Part shown: piece by piece, positions 10,472 through 20,695 of the stretch
Layout: each line of letters opens with the position of its first letter
Position numbering within the stretch: position 1 is the stretch's first letter
From: Hoeflea sp.
GTDB lineage: Bacteria > Pseudomonadota > Alphaproteobacteria > Rhizobiales > Rhizobiaceae
Length of the DNA: 64,000 bases
Assembly (NCBI RefSeq): GCF_051251555.1
Contig: NZ_JBPOEW010000013.1
Strand: one strand, 5' to 3'
Made by a program: the position numbers and the translations under genes
The notes under the pieces: model-generated
The model's input: the letters and a program-made list of their open reading frames with translations, nothing else
Told to the model about the DNA's origin: nothing
The model's database searches: none

Positions 10472-12520
10472 TCAGGCGAGACCGCGCTTTTCCAGCATGG
10501 CGGTGGCGTCGGGCATACGACCGCGGAAAGCCTTGTAAAGCTCTGCGGGGTCGCGTGATCCGCCGGCCGAGTAGACGTAGGAGCGCAGCTTTTCGGCGGT
10601 TTCCGGATCAAACGGATCGCCGGTCTCCTCGAACGCGGCAAAGGCGTCGGCGTCGAGCACTTCCGACCACATGTAGGAATAATAGCCGGCCGAATAGCCT
10701 TCACCGGAGAACACATGCAGGAAATGCGGGCTGGCGTGGCGCATGGCAATGGCCTCGGGCATACCGAGTTTTTTCAGTGTTTCGGCTTCAAACGTCGCCG
10801 GATCGGTCTTGTCACCGGCGGTGTGCCAGGCCATGTCGACAAGCGCGGACGCGGTGAATTCAACGGCGGCGAAACCGGCATTGAAGGTCTGGGCCGCAAG
10901 CACCTTGTCGAGAAGCGCGCGCGGGATCGGTTCACCGGTCTTGTAATGGCGTGCGTGTTTTTCGAGGATTTCGGGCACTGTCAGCCAATGTTCAAACAGC
11001 TGAGATGGAAGTTCGACGAAATCACGGCTGACCGACGTTCCGGAAAGCGACGGATAGGTGACATCTGACAGCATGCCGTGCAGCGCGTGGCCGAATTCAT
11101 GAAACAGCGTGCGCGCGTCGTTGAGCGACAACAGCGCTTCCTTCCCGGCTGCGGGCTTGGCGAAATTCATCACATTGGTGATGATCGGTATTTCACCTTT
11201 TGTGCCGTCGGGCATGGCCAGCTTGTGCTGGCTCCGCATACCGCTCATCCAGGCGCCGGAGCGCTTTGAGGGCCGGGCGAAATAATCGGCAATGAAGGTG
11301 GCGATGATCTTGCCGTCACGTCCCCTGACCTCGAAAACGCGCGCGTCCTTGTGCGGGCCGGCTATGTCGGTGCGTTCGGTCATGGTGATGCCGAAAAGAC
11401 GGTTTGCCACATCAAAACAGGCATCGATCATGCCGCTCAGCGGGAAATAGGGCTTGAGCTCGGCTTCGGAAAAGTCGAAGCGGCGGGCCTTGAGCTTTTC
11501 GGCGTAATAGCGCCAGTCCCAGGCGGCCACTTCATGGTTGCCGCCTTCCTCCGTAATCAGTTTGGCCAGTTCCGCGCGATCGGTGTCGGCATGGGTGACG
11601 GCGCGGGCCCAGACATCGCCAAGCAGGGCTTCGACGGCTTCCGGCGTCTTGGCCATGGTGTCATCGAGCTTGTAGGCGGCGTAGCTGTCATAGCCGAGCA
11701 GCATGGCCTTTTCCGTGCGCAAGCTGATGATCTGTGAAATCAGCGCGGCGTTGTCGGTGTCGCCGTCGGTGCCGCGCGCTGTCCAGGCCTTGAAGGCGGT
11801 TTCGCGCAGATCGCGACGTGCACTGGTGCTCAGGAACGGTTCGATGATCGAGCGCGACAGGGTGACGGCATATTTGCCTTTGTGGCCAAGGTCTTCTGCG
11901 ACGGCTGCCATGGTGGCGCGCAGATCGTCGGACAGTCCGTCCAGATCGGCGCCATCATTGAGCAGCAGAAGATAGTTCTTTTCATCAGCCAGCACATTCT
12001 GGCCGAATTGGGCCCCGAGGCCCGCCAGCTTCTCGCCAACTTCAGCCAGCCGCGACTGTCCTGCTTCATCTAGGGCTGCACCCGATTTGACGAAGGATTT
12101 CCAGATCCGTTCAAGCACGCGATCCTGCTCCGGCGACAGCCCGATGTCGGAGCGCTTCTGGTAGAGGCTGTCGACGCGCTCGAACAAAGCCTTGTTCATG
12201 GCGATCTTCGAGTAATGCCGCGACATGCGTGGGGCAATGTCACGCTCCAACGCCTGAATGGCATCATTGGTGTCGGTTCCGGCCCGGTTCCAGAACAGGC
12301 TTGAAACCCTGGACAGCTTGTTACCAGCCAGTTCAAGCGCCTCAACCGTGTTGGCGAAGCTCGGCGCTTCGGCATTGCCGGCGATCGCCTGAATCTCCGC
12401 GTCATGCTCGGCAAGGGCGGTTTCGAAAGCCGGTGCGAAATCCGTGGTTGCGATCTTGGTGAATTCCGGCAGGCCGAGCGGTCCGGTCCAGTCGAATACG
12501 GGTGAAGCAGGTGAGGTCAT
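10472..12520 (-). CDS. dcp: M3 family metallopeptidase (peptidyl-dipeptidase Dcp)
   Basis: 'TLFHEFGHALHGML' HEXXH; 'RDFVELPSQLFEHW'; 'GYSAGYYSYMWSEVLDAD'. Start ATG 12520. Confidence 0.92.
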   Translation of the reverse strand: MTSPASPVFDWTGPLGLPEFTKIATTDFAPAFETALAEHDAEIQAIAGNAEAPSFANTVEALELAGNKLSRVSSLFWNRAGTDTNDAIQALERDIAPRMSRHYSKIAMNKALFERVDSLYQKRSDIGLSPEQDRVLERIWKSFVKSGAALDEAGQSRLAEVGEKLAGLGAQFGQNVLADEKNYLLLLNDGADLDGLSDDLRATMAAVAEDLGHKGKYAVTLSRSIIEPFLSTSARRDLRETAFKAWTARGTDGDTDNAALISQIISLRTEKAMLLGYDSYAAYKLDDTMAKTPEAVEALLGDVWARAVTHADTDRAELAKLITEEGGNHEVAAWDWRYYAEKLKARRFDFSEAELKPYFPLSGMIDACFDVANRLFGITMTERTDIAGPHKDARVFEVRGRDGKIIATFIADYFARPSKRSGAWMSGMRSQHKLAMPDGTKGEIPIITNVMNFAKPAAGKEALLSLNDARTLFHEFGHALHGMLSDVTYPSLSGTSVSRDFVELPSQLFEHWLTVPEILEKHARHYKTGEPIPRALLDKVLAAQTFNAGFAAVEFTASALVDMAWHTAGDKTDPATFEAETLKKLGMPEAIAMRHASPHFLHVFSGEGYSAGYYSYMWSEVLDADAFAAFEETGDPFDPETAEKLRSYVYSAGGSRDPAELYKAFRGRMPDATAMLEKRGLA

Positions 12521-12663
12521 GAAAGGCTCCTTGTTAAGCCTGCATGTAAGCTTGCCGGCAGCGGTGGACAAGGCGCATGCCTCAACTGGACCAGCGTAGG
12601 CGGGAAACAAAACGGGCGGAACCCTCTCAGATCCCGCCCGTTCGCATCGATATGTTTTCAGAA

Positions 12664-13893
12664 TTACTTTTTGCGATCACGGGCGGCCAGGGTCCGCAGG
12701 CGCAGCGCATTCAAACGGATGAAGCCTTCGGCGTCCTTCTGGTCGTAGGCGCCGCGATCGTCTTCGAATGTCACCAGCGCATCGGAATAGAGCGACTTGT
12801 CGCTTTCCCGGCCGGTGACCATGACATTGCCCTTGTAGAGCTTGAGAGTGACCTCGCCCTCGACATGTTTCTGGCTCAGATCGATCGCCGCCTGCAGCAT
12901 TTCGCGCTCCGGCGAGAACCAGAATCCGAAATAGATCAGCTCGGCATAACGTGGCATCAGCTCATCCTTGAGATGGGCGGCGCCGCGGTCGAGGGTGATT
13001 GATTCCATCGCCCGGTGGGCGGTGAGCAGGATGGTGCCGCCGGGGGTCTCGTAGACGCCGCGCGATTTCATGCCGACGAAGCGGTTTTCGACCAGATCCA
13101 GACGGCCGATGCCATTGTCGCGGCCATAGGTGTTGAGTTCGGCCAGTATTGTCGCCGGGCTCATCCGGACGCCGTTGATCGAGACTGCGTCGCCCTGTTC
13201 GAAGCCGATCTTGATGATGGTGGCCTTGTCAGGCGCGGATTCGGGCGAAATGGTGCGCATGTGCACATATTCGGGCGCTTCGACAGCCGGGTCTTCCAGA
13301 ACCTTGCCCTCCGACGAGGAGTGCAGCAGGTTGGCGTCGACCGAGAACGGGGCTTCGCCCATCTTGTCCTTGGCGACCGGGATCTGGTGCTCTTCAGCAA
13401 ATTTGATCAGGTCGGTGCGGCTCTTGAACGACCAGTCGCGCCACGGTGCGATGATCTTGATGTCGGGATTGAGCGCGTAGGCCGACAGCTCGAAACGGAT
13501 CTGGTCATTGCCCTTGCCGGTGGCGCCATGGGCAATTGCATCAGCGCCGGTCTCGTGGGCGATTTCCACCAGCCGTTTGGAGATCAGCGGCCGGGCAATC
13601 GAGGTGCCGAGCAGATAGACGCCTTCATAGACGGCATTGGCGCGGAACATCGGAAAGACGAAATCACGGACGAATTCCTCGCGGACATCTTCAATATAGA
13701 TGTTCTTGTCGGGGATGCCGAGCATCTCGGCCTTCTTGCGCGCCGGCGCCAGCTCTTCACCCTGGCCGAGATCGGCAGTGAAGGTAACGACTTCGGCGCC
13801 GAACTCGGTCTGCAGCCATTTGAGAATGATCGAAGTGTCCAGACCGCCGGAATAGGCGAGAACGACTTTCTTGACGTCCTTGTGCGATGCCAT
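12664..13893 (-). CDS. argG: Argininosuccinate synthase
   Basis: '[12 protein letters not shown]', '[13 protein letters not shown]', '[11 protein letters not shown]'. Confidence 0.98.
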   Translation of the reverse strand: MASHKDVKKVVLAYSGGLDTSIILKWLQTEFGAEVVTFTADLGQGEELAPARKKAEMLGIPDKNIYIEDVREEFVRDFVFPMFRANAVYEGVYLLGTSIARPLISKRLVEIAHETGADAIAHGATGKGNDQIRFELSAYALNPDIKIIAPWRDWSFKSRTDLIKFAEEHQIPVAKDKMGEAPFSVDANLLHSSSEGKVLEDPAVEAPEYVHMRTISPESAPDKATIIKIGFEQGDAVSINGVRMSPATILAELNTYGRDNGIGRLDLVENRFVGMKSRGVYETPGGTILLTAHRAMESITLDRGAAHLKDELMPRYAELIYFGFWFSPEREMLQAAIDLSQKHVEGEVTLKLYKGNVMVTGRESDKSLYSDALVTFEDDRGAYDQKDAEGFIRLNALRLRTLAARDRKK

Positions 13894-14103
13894 GGTTGTA
13901 GTCTTTCTATCTTGAAGCCTTGCCCCCGAGGGTTTTGAATTTCGGGGGCCTTGAATTTTGCGGCACTTTTAGCCGGTTTGCAGCGCCATGCAAGGGTCTG
14001 GCATCCTGGCGGTCATGGGACCACTTCAGGAATGCGCCGATTGGCAGACAGGCAAAAGCAGCTTACAAAAGCCGCATCTCTGATCTGAACCATCGAGCGA
14101 ATT

Positions 14104-14745
14104 ATGGATTTCATCCCTGACTACCCGACGCTGCTGGCATTTTTCGTTGCTTCGATCGTTCTGGCGATCACACCGGGCCCCGACATGACGCTTTTTGTCT
14201 CGCGAGCGCTGTCGGATGGGCGGGCTGCGGGGTTTGCCTGTGTCGCTGGAGCGATGAGCGGGATCACAGTGCATACGCTGATGGTGGCTCTGGGATTGTC
14301 AGCCCTAGTGGTGGCGTCGCCTGCGGCCTTTTTTGCGCTCAAGGCGGTGGGTGCGGCCTATCTGATGTGGCTTGCCATTCAGGCTATCCGCAAAGGCTCC
14401 AGCCTTACGTTGCCTGTATCGAGGCCGTCCGGTCGCGGGGTGATGACCAATTGGGCGCAGGGGTTGGGGGTCAATTTGCTCAATCCGAAGATCATCCTGT
14501 TCTTCATGACCTTCCTGCCGCAATTTGTCGCTGCTTCCGATCCGCATATTACCGGTAAGCTGATCTTTCTCGGAATGTTCTTCGTTGTGGTCTCCACACC
14601 GATCGTCATTGGCATCGTGCTTGGTGCACATGGCCTCGCCGGATGGTTGAAGCGCAAGCCGCAGGTGATGCGGATCGTGGATTATGTCTTCGCGGCGGTG
14701 TTTTCGGTGTTTGCGCTGAAGATCCTGCTGGCCCAGAGCCGCTGA
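14104..14745 (+). CDS. LysE/RhtB family amino acid translocator
   Basis: 'LAITPGPD', 'GAAYLMWLAIQ', 'NLLNPKIILFF'. Confidence 0.9.
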   Translation: MDFIPDYPTLLAFFVASIVLAITPGPDMTLFVSRALSDGRAAGFACVAGAMSGITVHTLMVALGLSALVVASPAAFFALKAVGAAYLMWLAIQAIRKGSSLTLPVSRPSGRGVMTNWAQGLGVNLLNPKIILFFMTFLPQFVAASDPHITGKLIFLGMFFVVVSTPIVIGIVLGAHGLAGWLKRKPQVMRIVDYVFAAVFSVFALKILLAQSR

Positions 14746-15231
14746 TCAGCTCTCGATCTTTGCAACATTTGTCGAGCTGGCACGTTCGCTGGGCAACCAG
14801 CGGCCAGCATTGCGTCCGGTGAACAGCCAGTAGACGCTGGCGCCGATGATGCCGCAGGCTGTGTGGATGGCAATCAGTTGCGCGGGTTCGACTGACGTGG
14901 CGGAACCTGTGGCAAGCGGCATGCCGGCTGCCGCAAGGGCAATCGCGCCACCGGCCAGCGCATGGCTCAGCCAGTCACGCCGCCGCCAGAACTCAAAGAT
15001 TGCGATGATGATAAAGGCCGGCAGCAAAGCCGCCCGGGCAAACAGGCTTGCAACGCCGAGAACGCCTATGACCAGCGTTACGGTGAGTTCAAGCTCGCTG
15101 AAACGGCCAAAATCCTCGGGCCGGATCAGCCGGACGAGAAACGCATAGGCAAGGCCTGCTGCAAGACATCCGGCGAAAAAGCCGAAGGCGATGGCAAACA
15201 TCCGGACGAGCAGGCGGAGTATGTCGCTCAT
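14746..15231 (-). CDS. Hypothetical membrane protein downstream of rlmN
   Basis: 161 aa, about 4-5 TM segments; starts 9 bp after the rlmN stop, with a GGAG-like RBS. Confidence 0.65.
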   Translation of the reverse strand: MSDILRLLVRMFAIAFGFFAGCLAAGLAYAFLVRLIRPEDFGRFSELELTVTLVIGVLGVASLFARAALLPAFIIIAIFEFWRRRDWLSHALAGGAIALAAAGMPLATGSATSVEPAQLIAIHTACGIIGASVYWLFTGRNAGRWLPSERASSTNVAKIES

Positions 15232-15240
15232 CTCAAAATG

Positions 15241-16512
15241 TCAGTCTGCGCCGTGGCCGGCGATCATCATCGCCTGCAAGGCCATGCTTTCCAGCTCGTC
15301 ACGATCCTTCTTGCGCATGCGTTCCGACTCACTCTTGAGCTGGCCGCAGGCGGCAAGGATATCGCGGCCGCGCGGGCGTCGGATTGGCGAGGCATAGCCA
15401 TTGGCGTTGACGAAATCAGCAAATGTTTCAATCGTCTCCCAGTCCGAGCATTCGTAGGCCGAGCCGGGCCACGGATTGAACGGAATAAGATTGATCTTGG
15501 CCGGGATGCCCTTGAGCAGGCGTACCAGTTCCTTGGCGTCGGCAAGGCTGTCATTGACGCCCTTGAGCATCACATATTCAAAGGTGATACGACGCGCATT
15601 GGAGACGCCGGGATAGGTGCGACAGGCGTCGAGCAGTTCCTTGAGCGGGTATTTCTTGTTGATCGGCACCAGTTCGTCGCGCAATTCATCGCGCACGGCA
15701 TGCAGCGAAATCGCCAGCATGACGCCGATTTCCTCGCCGGTGCGGACGATGCCCGGCACCACGCCGGAGGTCGAGAGCGTGATGCGGCGGCGCGACAGGG
15801 CCAGGCCGTCGCCGTCCGATGCAATCAACAGCGCCTGTTTGACATGATCGAAATTATACAGCGGCTCGCCCATGCCCATCATGACGATGTTGGTGACCTT
15901 GCGGCCTTCGCTCGGCACGATGGCGCCTTGCGGCGTGTCCTTGTGTGGAAAATCGCCCAACCGGTCGCGGGCCACAAGCAGCTGCGCCAGGATCTCTTCG
16001 GCGGTCAGGTTGCGGACCAGCTTCTGGGTGCCGGTGTGGCAGAAGGTACAGGTCAATGTGCAGCCGACCTGGCTGGAAATGCACAGTGTGCCGCGGCCTT
16101 CCTCGGGAATATAGACGGTTTCGACCTCGACCGGCCGGCCCGCACCGCGTGGTGGAAAGCGCATCAGCCATTTGCGGGTGCCGTCGTTGGAGATCTGCTC
16201 CTCGACGATTTCGGGACGGGCGATGGTGTAGCGTGTTGCCAGTTTTTCACGCAGGTCGCGTGAGATCGTGTGCATGTCGGCGAAATCAGATGAGCCGCGC
16301 ACATAAAGCCAGTGCCAGATCTGGTTGACCCGCATCTTGCGCTGGCGTTCCGGAACACCGGCATCGGCCATGGCGGCAACCATCTCTTCACGGCTCATGC
16401 CGATCAGTGTCGGCTTGCCGTCAAGCGTTTTTGCATTGGCTGACGCTGGCGCCGCCTTGGGTGAAGGGGCGGGGCGTGCAGAAGGGTCTGTCAGATCGAT
16501 TGTGGCAGGCAT
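15241..16512 (-). CDS. rlmN: 23S rRNA m2A2503 / tRNA m2A37 radical-SAM methyltransferase RlmN
   Basis: '[18 protein letters not shown]' CxxxCxxC; '[10 protein letters not shown]'; '[12 protein letters not shown]'. Confidence 0.97.
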   Translation of the reverse strand: MPATIDLTDPSARPAPSPKAAPASANAKTLDGKPTLIGMSREEMVAAMADAGVPERQRKMRVNQIWHWLYVRGSSDFADMHTISRDLREKLATRYTIARPEIVEEQISNDGTRKWLMRFPPRGAGRPVEVETVYIPEEGRGTLCISSQVGCTLTCTFCHTGTQKLVRNLTAEEILAQLLVARDRLGDFPHKDTPQGAIVPSEGRKVTNIVMMGMGEPLYNFDHVKQALLIASDGDGLALSRRRITLSTSGVVPGIVRTGEEIGVMLAISLHAVRDELRDELVPINKKYPLKELLDACRTYPGVSNARRITFEYVMLKGVNDSLADAKELVRLLKGIPAKINLIPFNPWPGSAYECSDWETIETFADFVNANGYASPIRRPRGRDILAACGQLKSESERMRKKDRDELESMALQAMMIAGHGAD

Positions 16513-16656
16513 CAGAAACCGGAACTCTTGTTGGTTAGGGCGCCACAGCGCCCGACAGGGTGCATAAAGGCGGCTCTAGATCTTGTAAAACTGCGCATCG
16601 CGTTCGCAGAAAAAGTGATTTCCGAGGTCGTACCGATGCGGCAAGCCAGCGCTTTA

Positions 16657-16902
16657 TCAGGTTTTCCGCGGCGCGTCACCATCCGGGCACAGCACGCTTT
16701 CTTGATCCGGGTGTTGCGCTCCAGGCGTCAGGGCGGCCGGGTGGATGCGAAACCGTCGCAGCATCGTCTTGATGGATGGCCATAGGCCTGACCCCTCGAT
16801 CCGGTTCAGCCGGGTTCTCATTTCGGCTTCTTCAATGCTGTGGTTGTCCGCCCACGGTCCAAGCTTGTGGGCCATCATCGTTGCGTGATCGTAATAGCTC
16901 AT
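16657..16902 (-). CDS. Small hypothetical protein (81 aa) divergent from the WYL regulator
   Basis: ATG 16902 preceded by AGAGGAG; 'MSYYDHATMMAHKLGPW...'. Confidence 0.55.
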   Translation of the reverse strand: MSYYDHATMMAHKLGPWADNHSIEEAEMRTRLNRIEGSGLWPSIKTMLRRFRIHPAALTPGAQHPDQESVLCPDGDAPRKT

Positions 16903-16936
16903 GACGTGCTCCTCTGTGAGCCCATCAAGCCACGAG

Positions 16937-16983
16937 ACTGCTGACACCCTGTTGTCAGTAGATGGTGATAGAGTGTCAGCAGT
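16937..16983. promoter_or_regulatory. Putative operator array for the YafY/WYL regulator
   Basis: CTGACA-N6-TGTCAG (16941-16958), nested in an 11-bp perfect inverted repeat actgctgacac (16937-16947) / gtgtcagcagt (16973-16983). Confidence 0.55.
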
Positions 16984-17002
16984 GCTTCAGGGACAATTGC
17001 CA

Positions 17003-17707
17003 ATGCGCCGATCAAACCGCCTGTTCGAAATCATCCAGATCCTGCGTGGTGCCACCCGGCCGATGACCGCGGATGCCCTGGCGCGGCAGATGGAAGTGTC
17101 GACGCGCACGATCTACCGCGATATTTCCGCGCTTCAGATGATGAGCACGCCGATTGAGGGCGAGCCGGGCATCGGCTATGTGATGCGCAAGGGCTACAAT
17201 CTGCCACCACTGAATTTCGATCTTGAGGAGATCGAAGCGCTGCGGGTCGGGTTGGCGCTGCTTTCGCGTACCGGTGACAGCGCATTGCTGCGGGCAGCCC
17301 GGCGGATTCATGAAAAGATCGACGCACTTCACGGCCCGGCGGATTGGCTGCAGGTGGCGCCCTGGGGCGCCAAGCTGGATGATCCGGCGAAGGGATGTGT
17401 TTCATTCTCGACCCTGCGCAATGCGATCCGCAACGAGCGCAAACTCGAGCTGACCTACCACGACGAACAGGACTGCCGCACGGTCAGGACAGTGCGTCCG
17501 CTGGCGCTGGTCTATCACCTGGAATGCGTGATGCTGGCATGCTGGTGCGAGTTAAGGGCCGGTTTCCGGCACTTCCGAACCGACCGGATCTACGGATGCC
17601 GCCCGCTGGATCAGGATTTTGTCGGCAAGGGTGATGCGCTGAGGGAGATCTGGCCGGATCTGAACCGCTGGGGGTCGGACCAGCCTGCAATCGCCGAGCC
17701 AATATGA
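17003..17707 (+). CDS. YafY-family HTH-WYL transcriptional regulator
   Basis: 'MRRSNRLFEIIQIL', 'EVSTRTIYRDI', 'GEPGIGY', and WYL domain 'RTVRPLAL...ACWCELRAGFRHFRTDRI'. Confidence 0.92.
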   Translation: MRRSNRLFEIIQILRGATRPMTADALARQMEVSTRTIYRDISALQMMSTPIEGEPGIGYVMRKGYNLPPLNFDLEEIEALRVGLALLSRTGDSALLRAARRIHEKIDALHGPADWLQVAPWGAKLDDPAKGCVSFSTLRNAIRNERKLELTYHDEQDCRTVRTVRPLALVYHLECVMLACWCELRAGFRHFRTDRIYGCRPLDQDFVGKGDALREIWPDLNRWGSDQPAIAEPI

Positions 17708-17708
17708 A

Positions 17709-18320
17709 TTACAGGGTTTCAAGTCGCGGTTCGATCACCGGTGCAGGCGCTGCTAGGGTTGCCGGACTCAGCATGGCGTCGACAAAACCCGGGATGTCCA
17801 TGCGCGGCAGTGCCGGTTCGCCGGTCAATTGTTTTAGGCCGACGAGGGTTGCGTAAATCAACGTTGCGCGGGACCGGGCTTCAGGCCCCGTCAATCCGGC
17901 GCCCCGCATCTGCAAGGTCAGAAAAGCCAGCCGTTCGTTGTCGGCGTTGCGCACCACGGACTGGACAGTTTCATCGCCGGCCGCCCAGTGGCGGATCGCG
18001 ACCTCGGTCATAGGTCCGCCAAATTCACCCGGTGAAACGTGCAGGATGTTTTCAATGAACCTGATGAACAGATCGCGCGGCGTCAGATCCGGCGAGGTCA
18101 TCGAGGCGATGACGTCGCTTGTCGCAACCCGGCGCCAGTGCTCGACCATTGCTGCCTGCAAGCCAGCCAGATCGGCGAAATGCCAGTAGAACGAGCCCTT
18201 TGTGACCCCCAGTTCTCGACAGAGAAAATCGACGCGGATTGCTTTGGGCCCGGAGCTGGTCAGCAGCTTGAAGGCAGCGTTGATCCAGTCTTCAGGTGTA
18301 AGTGTCTGTTTCGTGCTCAT
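17709..18320 (-). CDS. TetR/AcrR family transcriptional regulator
   Basis: 'DWINAAFKLL...LCRELGVTKGSFYWHF' HTH. Confidence 0.9.
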   Translation of the reverse strand: MSTKQTLTPEDWINAAFKLLTSSGPKAIRVDFLCRELGVTKGSFYWHFADLAGLQAAMVEHWRRVATSDVIASMTSPDLTPRDLFIRFIENILHVSPGEFGGPMTEVAIRHWAAGDETVQSVVRNADNERLAFLTLQMRGAGLTGPEARSRATLIYATLVGLKQLTGEPALPRMDIPGFVDAMLSPATLAAPAPVIEPRLETL

Positions 18321-18379
18321 GGCGCAGCATACCCAAAGTATTGAGTTGATCAATCGGAAGATGCGCTGTCATGCACAGA

Positions 18380-18406
18380 GAAAAGACCGGGATACCCGGT
18401 CTTTTC
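18380..18406. terminator. Intrinsic terminator downstream of ialB
   Basis: gaaaagaccggg-ata-cccggtcttttc, a perfect 12-bp stem. Confidence 0.7.
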
Positions 18407-18430
18407 ATGCTTTTTAACTGCTACTGATCA

Positions 18431-18934
18431 TCAATTGCAGCTGGAGATCTGGTTCAGTGCAGCGGTCACGCCCTTGAGCGAGTAGCTGTAGGAGGTTGCG
18501 GTGCCGCGGCGTGAGGTCGCCTTGACTGACATCGAGGTTCCCGCCTTCATGGCCGAAACAAGCTGCGGTTCCTGCGCGGCGTTTTCCACCCAGGCCGAGT
18601 TGCCCCGGGTAAACAGGGAAAAATCCCGGCCATCGATGTTGACCTGGATCTTCGACGTTTCCTGCAGCGGATACCCCATCATCGCCTGCGGCTCGTAACT
18701 GACGTTCTGGCCAGGCCGCTGCGAAATGAGGAAAAAGATGTCGCCGTGATCGACATTGGCCGGGGCAGAGCTGGTCGGCACCGAAAGGACATAACAAACC
18801 TTGCCCCCTGCCGAATTGTACGAATAAGCCCCCCAGGCATCAAACTGCTGGATCCTGGTGGGTGATTGCGCCGCCGCGGCGGCGGTCAATGCAAAAAGCG
18901 CCGTCACTGCGGTTGCGATTGTCTTCCCAAACAT
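18431..18934 (-). CDS. ialB: Invasion-associated locus B (IalB) family periplasmic protein
   Basis: Signal peptide; 'FDAWGAY', 'KVCYVLS', 'LVSAMKAG', 'YSLKGVTAAL..I..C'. Confidence 0.85.
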   Translation of the reverse strand: MFGKTIATAVTALFALTAAAAAQSPTRIQQFDAWGAYSYNSAGGKVCYVLSVPTSSAPANVDHGDIFFLISQRPGQNVSYEPQAMMGYPLQETSKIQVNIDGRDFSLFTRGNSAWVENAAQEPQLVSAMKAGTSMSVKATSRRGTATSYSYSLKGVTAALNQISSCN

Positions 18935-19227
18935 GGCTTTCCTACCGGTTCGTGGTCCTGTGTCACGCGTTGAGCGCGGTGACATTTCCCGCTGAATGCG
19001 AGTTGATTGATTCATTTTGACTTAATCCTGGTTACCAAACCGTCAATAAATCCCGCACAAAACCAGTAATCATGTCCTGTTGCGGGGCGGCGCGTCCCTT
19101 ACTCACCTTTTGTAACAACGTGAATCCGGCAACAGTTTGACCTTTCTGAAATCCGTTGTACGTGTTGATATATTGGATGTAAGGCGGTGGCTGATCGCAG
19201 GGAGTTTTACGGGGTTGCGCGCAGTAG

Positions 19228-19803
19228 ATGTCGAGTGAGATGAAAGAGCGGCTTGCCCGACTTGCCTCGGCAGTCGCCGAAAGGCGGGATCAGACGGCAT
19301 TTGCGGAGTTGTTCGACTATTTCGCCCCGCGAATCAAATCGTATCTTCTGCGACTCGGCATGGAACCCGGACAGGCGGAAGAGCTGACCCAAGAAGTCAT
19401 GATCGTGCTTTGGCACAAGGCAGGATTGTTCAATCCGGTCAAATCCTCGCTGTCGACCTGGCTGTTCAGGATCGCGCGCAATCGCCGGATCGATGCATTT
19501 CGTCGCGACAAGTCGGCGCTGCTCGATGCGGATGACCCGGCGTTGCAGCCTTCGCAACCCGAATCGGCGGACGCGATCGTCGAGGCCGAGGAACGCGAAG
19601 AACGGGTCCGCAAGGCGATGCTCGATCTTCCCGAGGAACAGGCGGTTCTGGTCAAACAGGCGTTTTTTCTGGGGCGATCCCACAGCCAGATCGCCGATGA
19701 AACCGGTTTACCGCTGGGCACCGTCAAATCCCGCATACGCCTGGCGTTTTCGCGGTTACGGCGCAGCCTGGAAGGCGATGGCGGCGAGATGACGATGCAT
19801 TGA
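19228..19803 (+). CDS. ECF RNA polymerase sigma factor (RpoE/ECF11-like)
   Basis: 'AEELTQEVMIVLW', 'STWLFRIARNRRIDAFR', and region 4 'GLPLGTVKSRIRLA'. Confidence 0.9.
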   Translation: MSSEMKERLARLASAVAERRDQTAFAELFDYFAPRIKSYLLRLGMEPGQAEELTQEVMIVLWHKAGLFNPVKSSLSTWLFRIARNRRIDAFRRDKSALLDADDPALQPSQPESADAIVEAEEREERVRKAMLDLPEEQAVLVKQAFFLGRSHSQIADETGLPLGTVKSRIRLAFSRLRRSLEGDGGEMTMH

Positions 19804-19867
19804 TGCACGTCCGGACTGGACAAGGTCGTCGCCCCTTGGACTGAACCTTAACACCGGAATAAAGGCC

Positions 19868-20263
19868 TCAGGCCCTGGTCTTGTCTGCGTCCAGATTGGC
19901 AATCGATTTGCGCGCGGCGATGCGGTGCGCCTCGGTGAGATTGCTCCGGACCGTGGCGATTGCCAGGGTCAGGACCGCTATGTCATCGGAAAAACCGACC
20001 AGCGCCAGAAAGTCCGGCACAGCATCCATCGGCATGATGAAATAGGCCAGCGCGCCCAGAAGCACAGCCTTGGCCTTGCCCGGAGTGTTTGGATCAAGCG
20101 CGCAATAATAGGCGGCGACGACATCTTCGGCAAAGGGGATCTGTTGAGCGGCCTTGGCAAAGGTGCGCCAAAACCCGGCGCGCACAGAGCTTTCATCCGC
20201 ACCCTTGGTCTTTTCGCCGGACAGGTGCTCCGGTTCGAGGATTTCGCCATCAAGGCCGGTCAT
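19868..20263 (-). CDS. YkvA / DUF1232 family protein
   Basis: 'YFIMPMDAVPDFLALVGFSDD'. Confidence 0.85.
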   Translation of the reverse strand: MTGLDGEILEPEHLSGEKTKGADESSVRAGFWRTFAKAAQQIPFAEDVVAAYYCALDPNTPGKAKAVLLGALAYFIMPMDAVPDFLALVGFSDDIAVLTLAIATVRSNLTEAHRIAARKSIANLDADKTRA

Positions 20264-20338
20264 TTGCAGGTCTCCCGTGCCCGTGTTCTCGCTAACGTTA
20301 CTTACCTGATATGGTTGTTGTCCTGATCAGCTTCAATG

Positions 20339-20656
20339 TCAGCCGTCAGTTTTGCCGCCGGTTCCGGCTGCAATCCTGTCCATGGCGACCGCCAGATCAA
20401 AGTCCAGTCCGGTCAATCCTCCGGTATCGTGAGTGGTCAGCCGGACCTCGACCGTACGGTAGGTGTTTTTCCATTCCGGGTGATGATCGAGTTTCTCTGC
20501 AACCAGGGCGGCGCGAGCCATGAAGCCGAACGCTTCACTGAAATTGGCAAATTTGAAAGTCCGGCTGAGAGCAATCTCACCGGCGTCGATATCCCAGAGG
20601 GATACAGCGGCAAGCTTTTCGGAAATGGCTGTGCTATCGAGTTTCTCGCGTGGCAT
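20339..20656 (-). CDS. phhB: Pterin-4-alpha-carbinolamine dehydratase
   Basis: 'FKFANFSEAFGFM', 'AEKLDHHPEW', 'LTTHDTGGLT'. Confidence 0.92.
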   Translation of the reverse strand: MPREKLDSTAISEKLAAVSLWDIDAGEIALSRTFKFANFSEAFGFMARAALVAEKLDHHPEWKNTYRTVEVRLTTHDTGGLTGLDFDLAVAMDRIAAGTGGKTDG

Positions 20657-20695
20657 TGCGTCCTCCAGGTTCAAGTTCTTGATGAAAGCGGCAGT

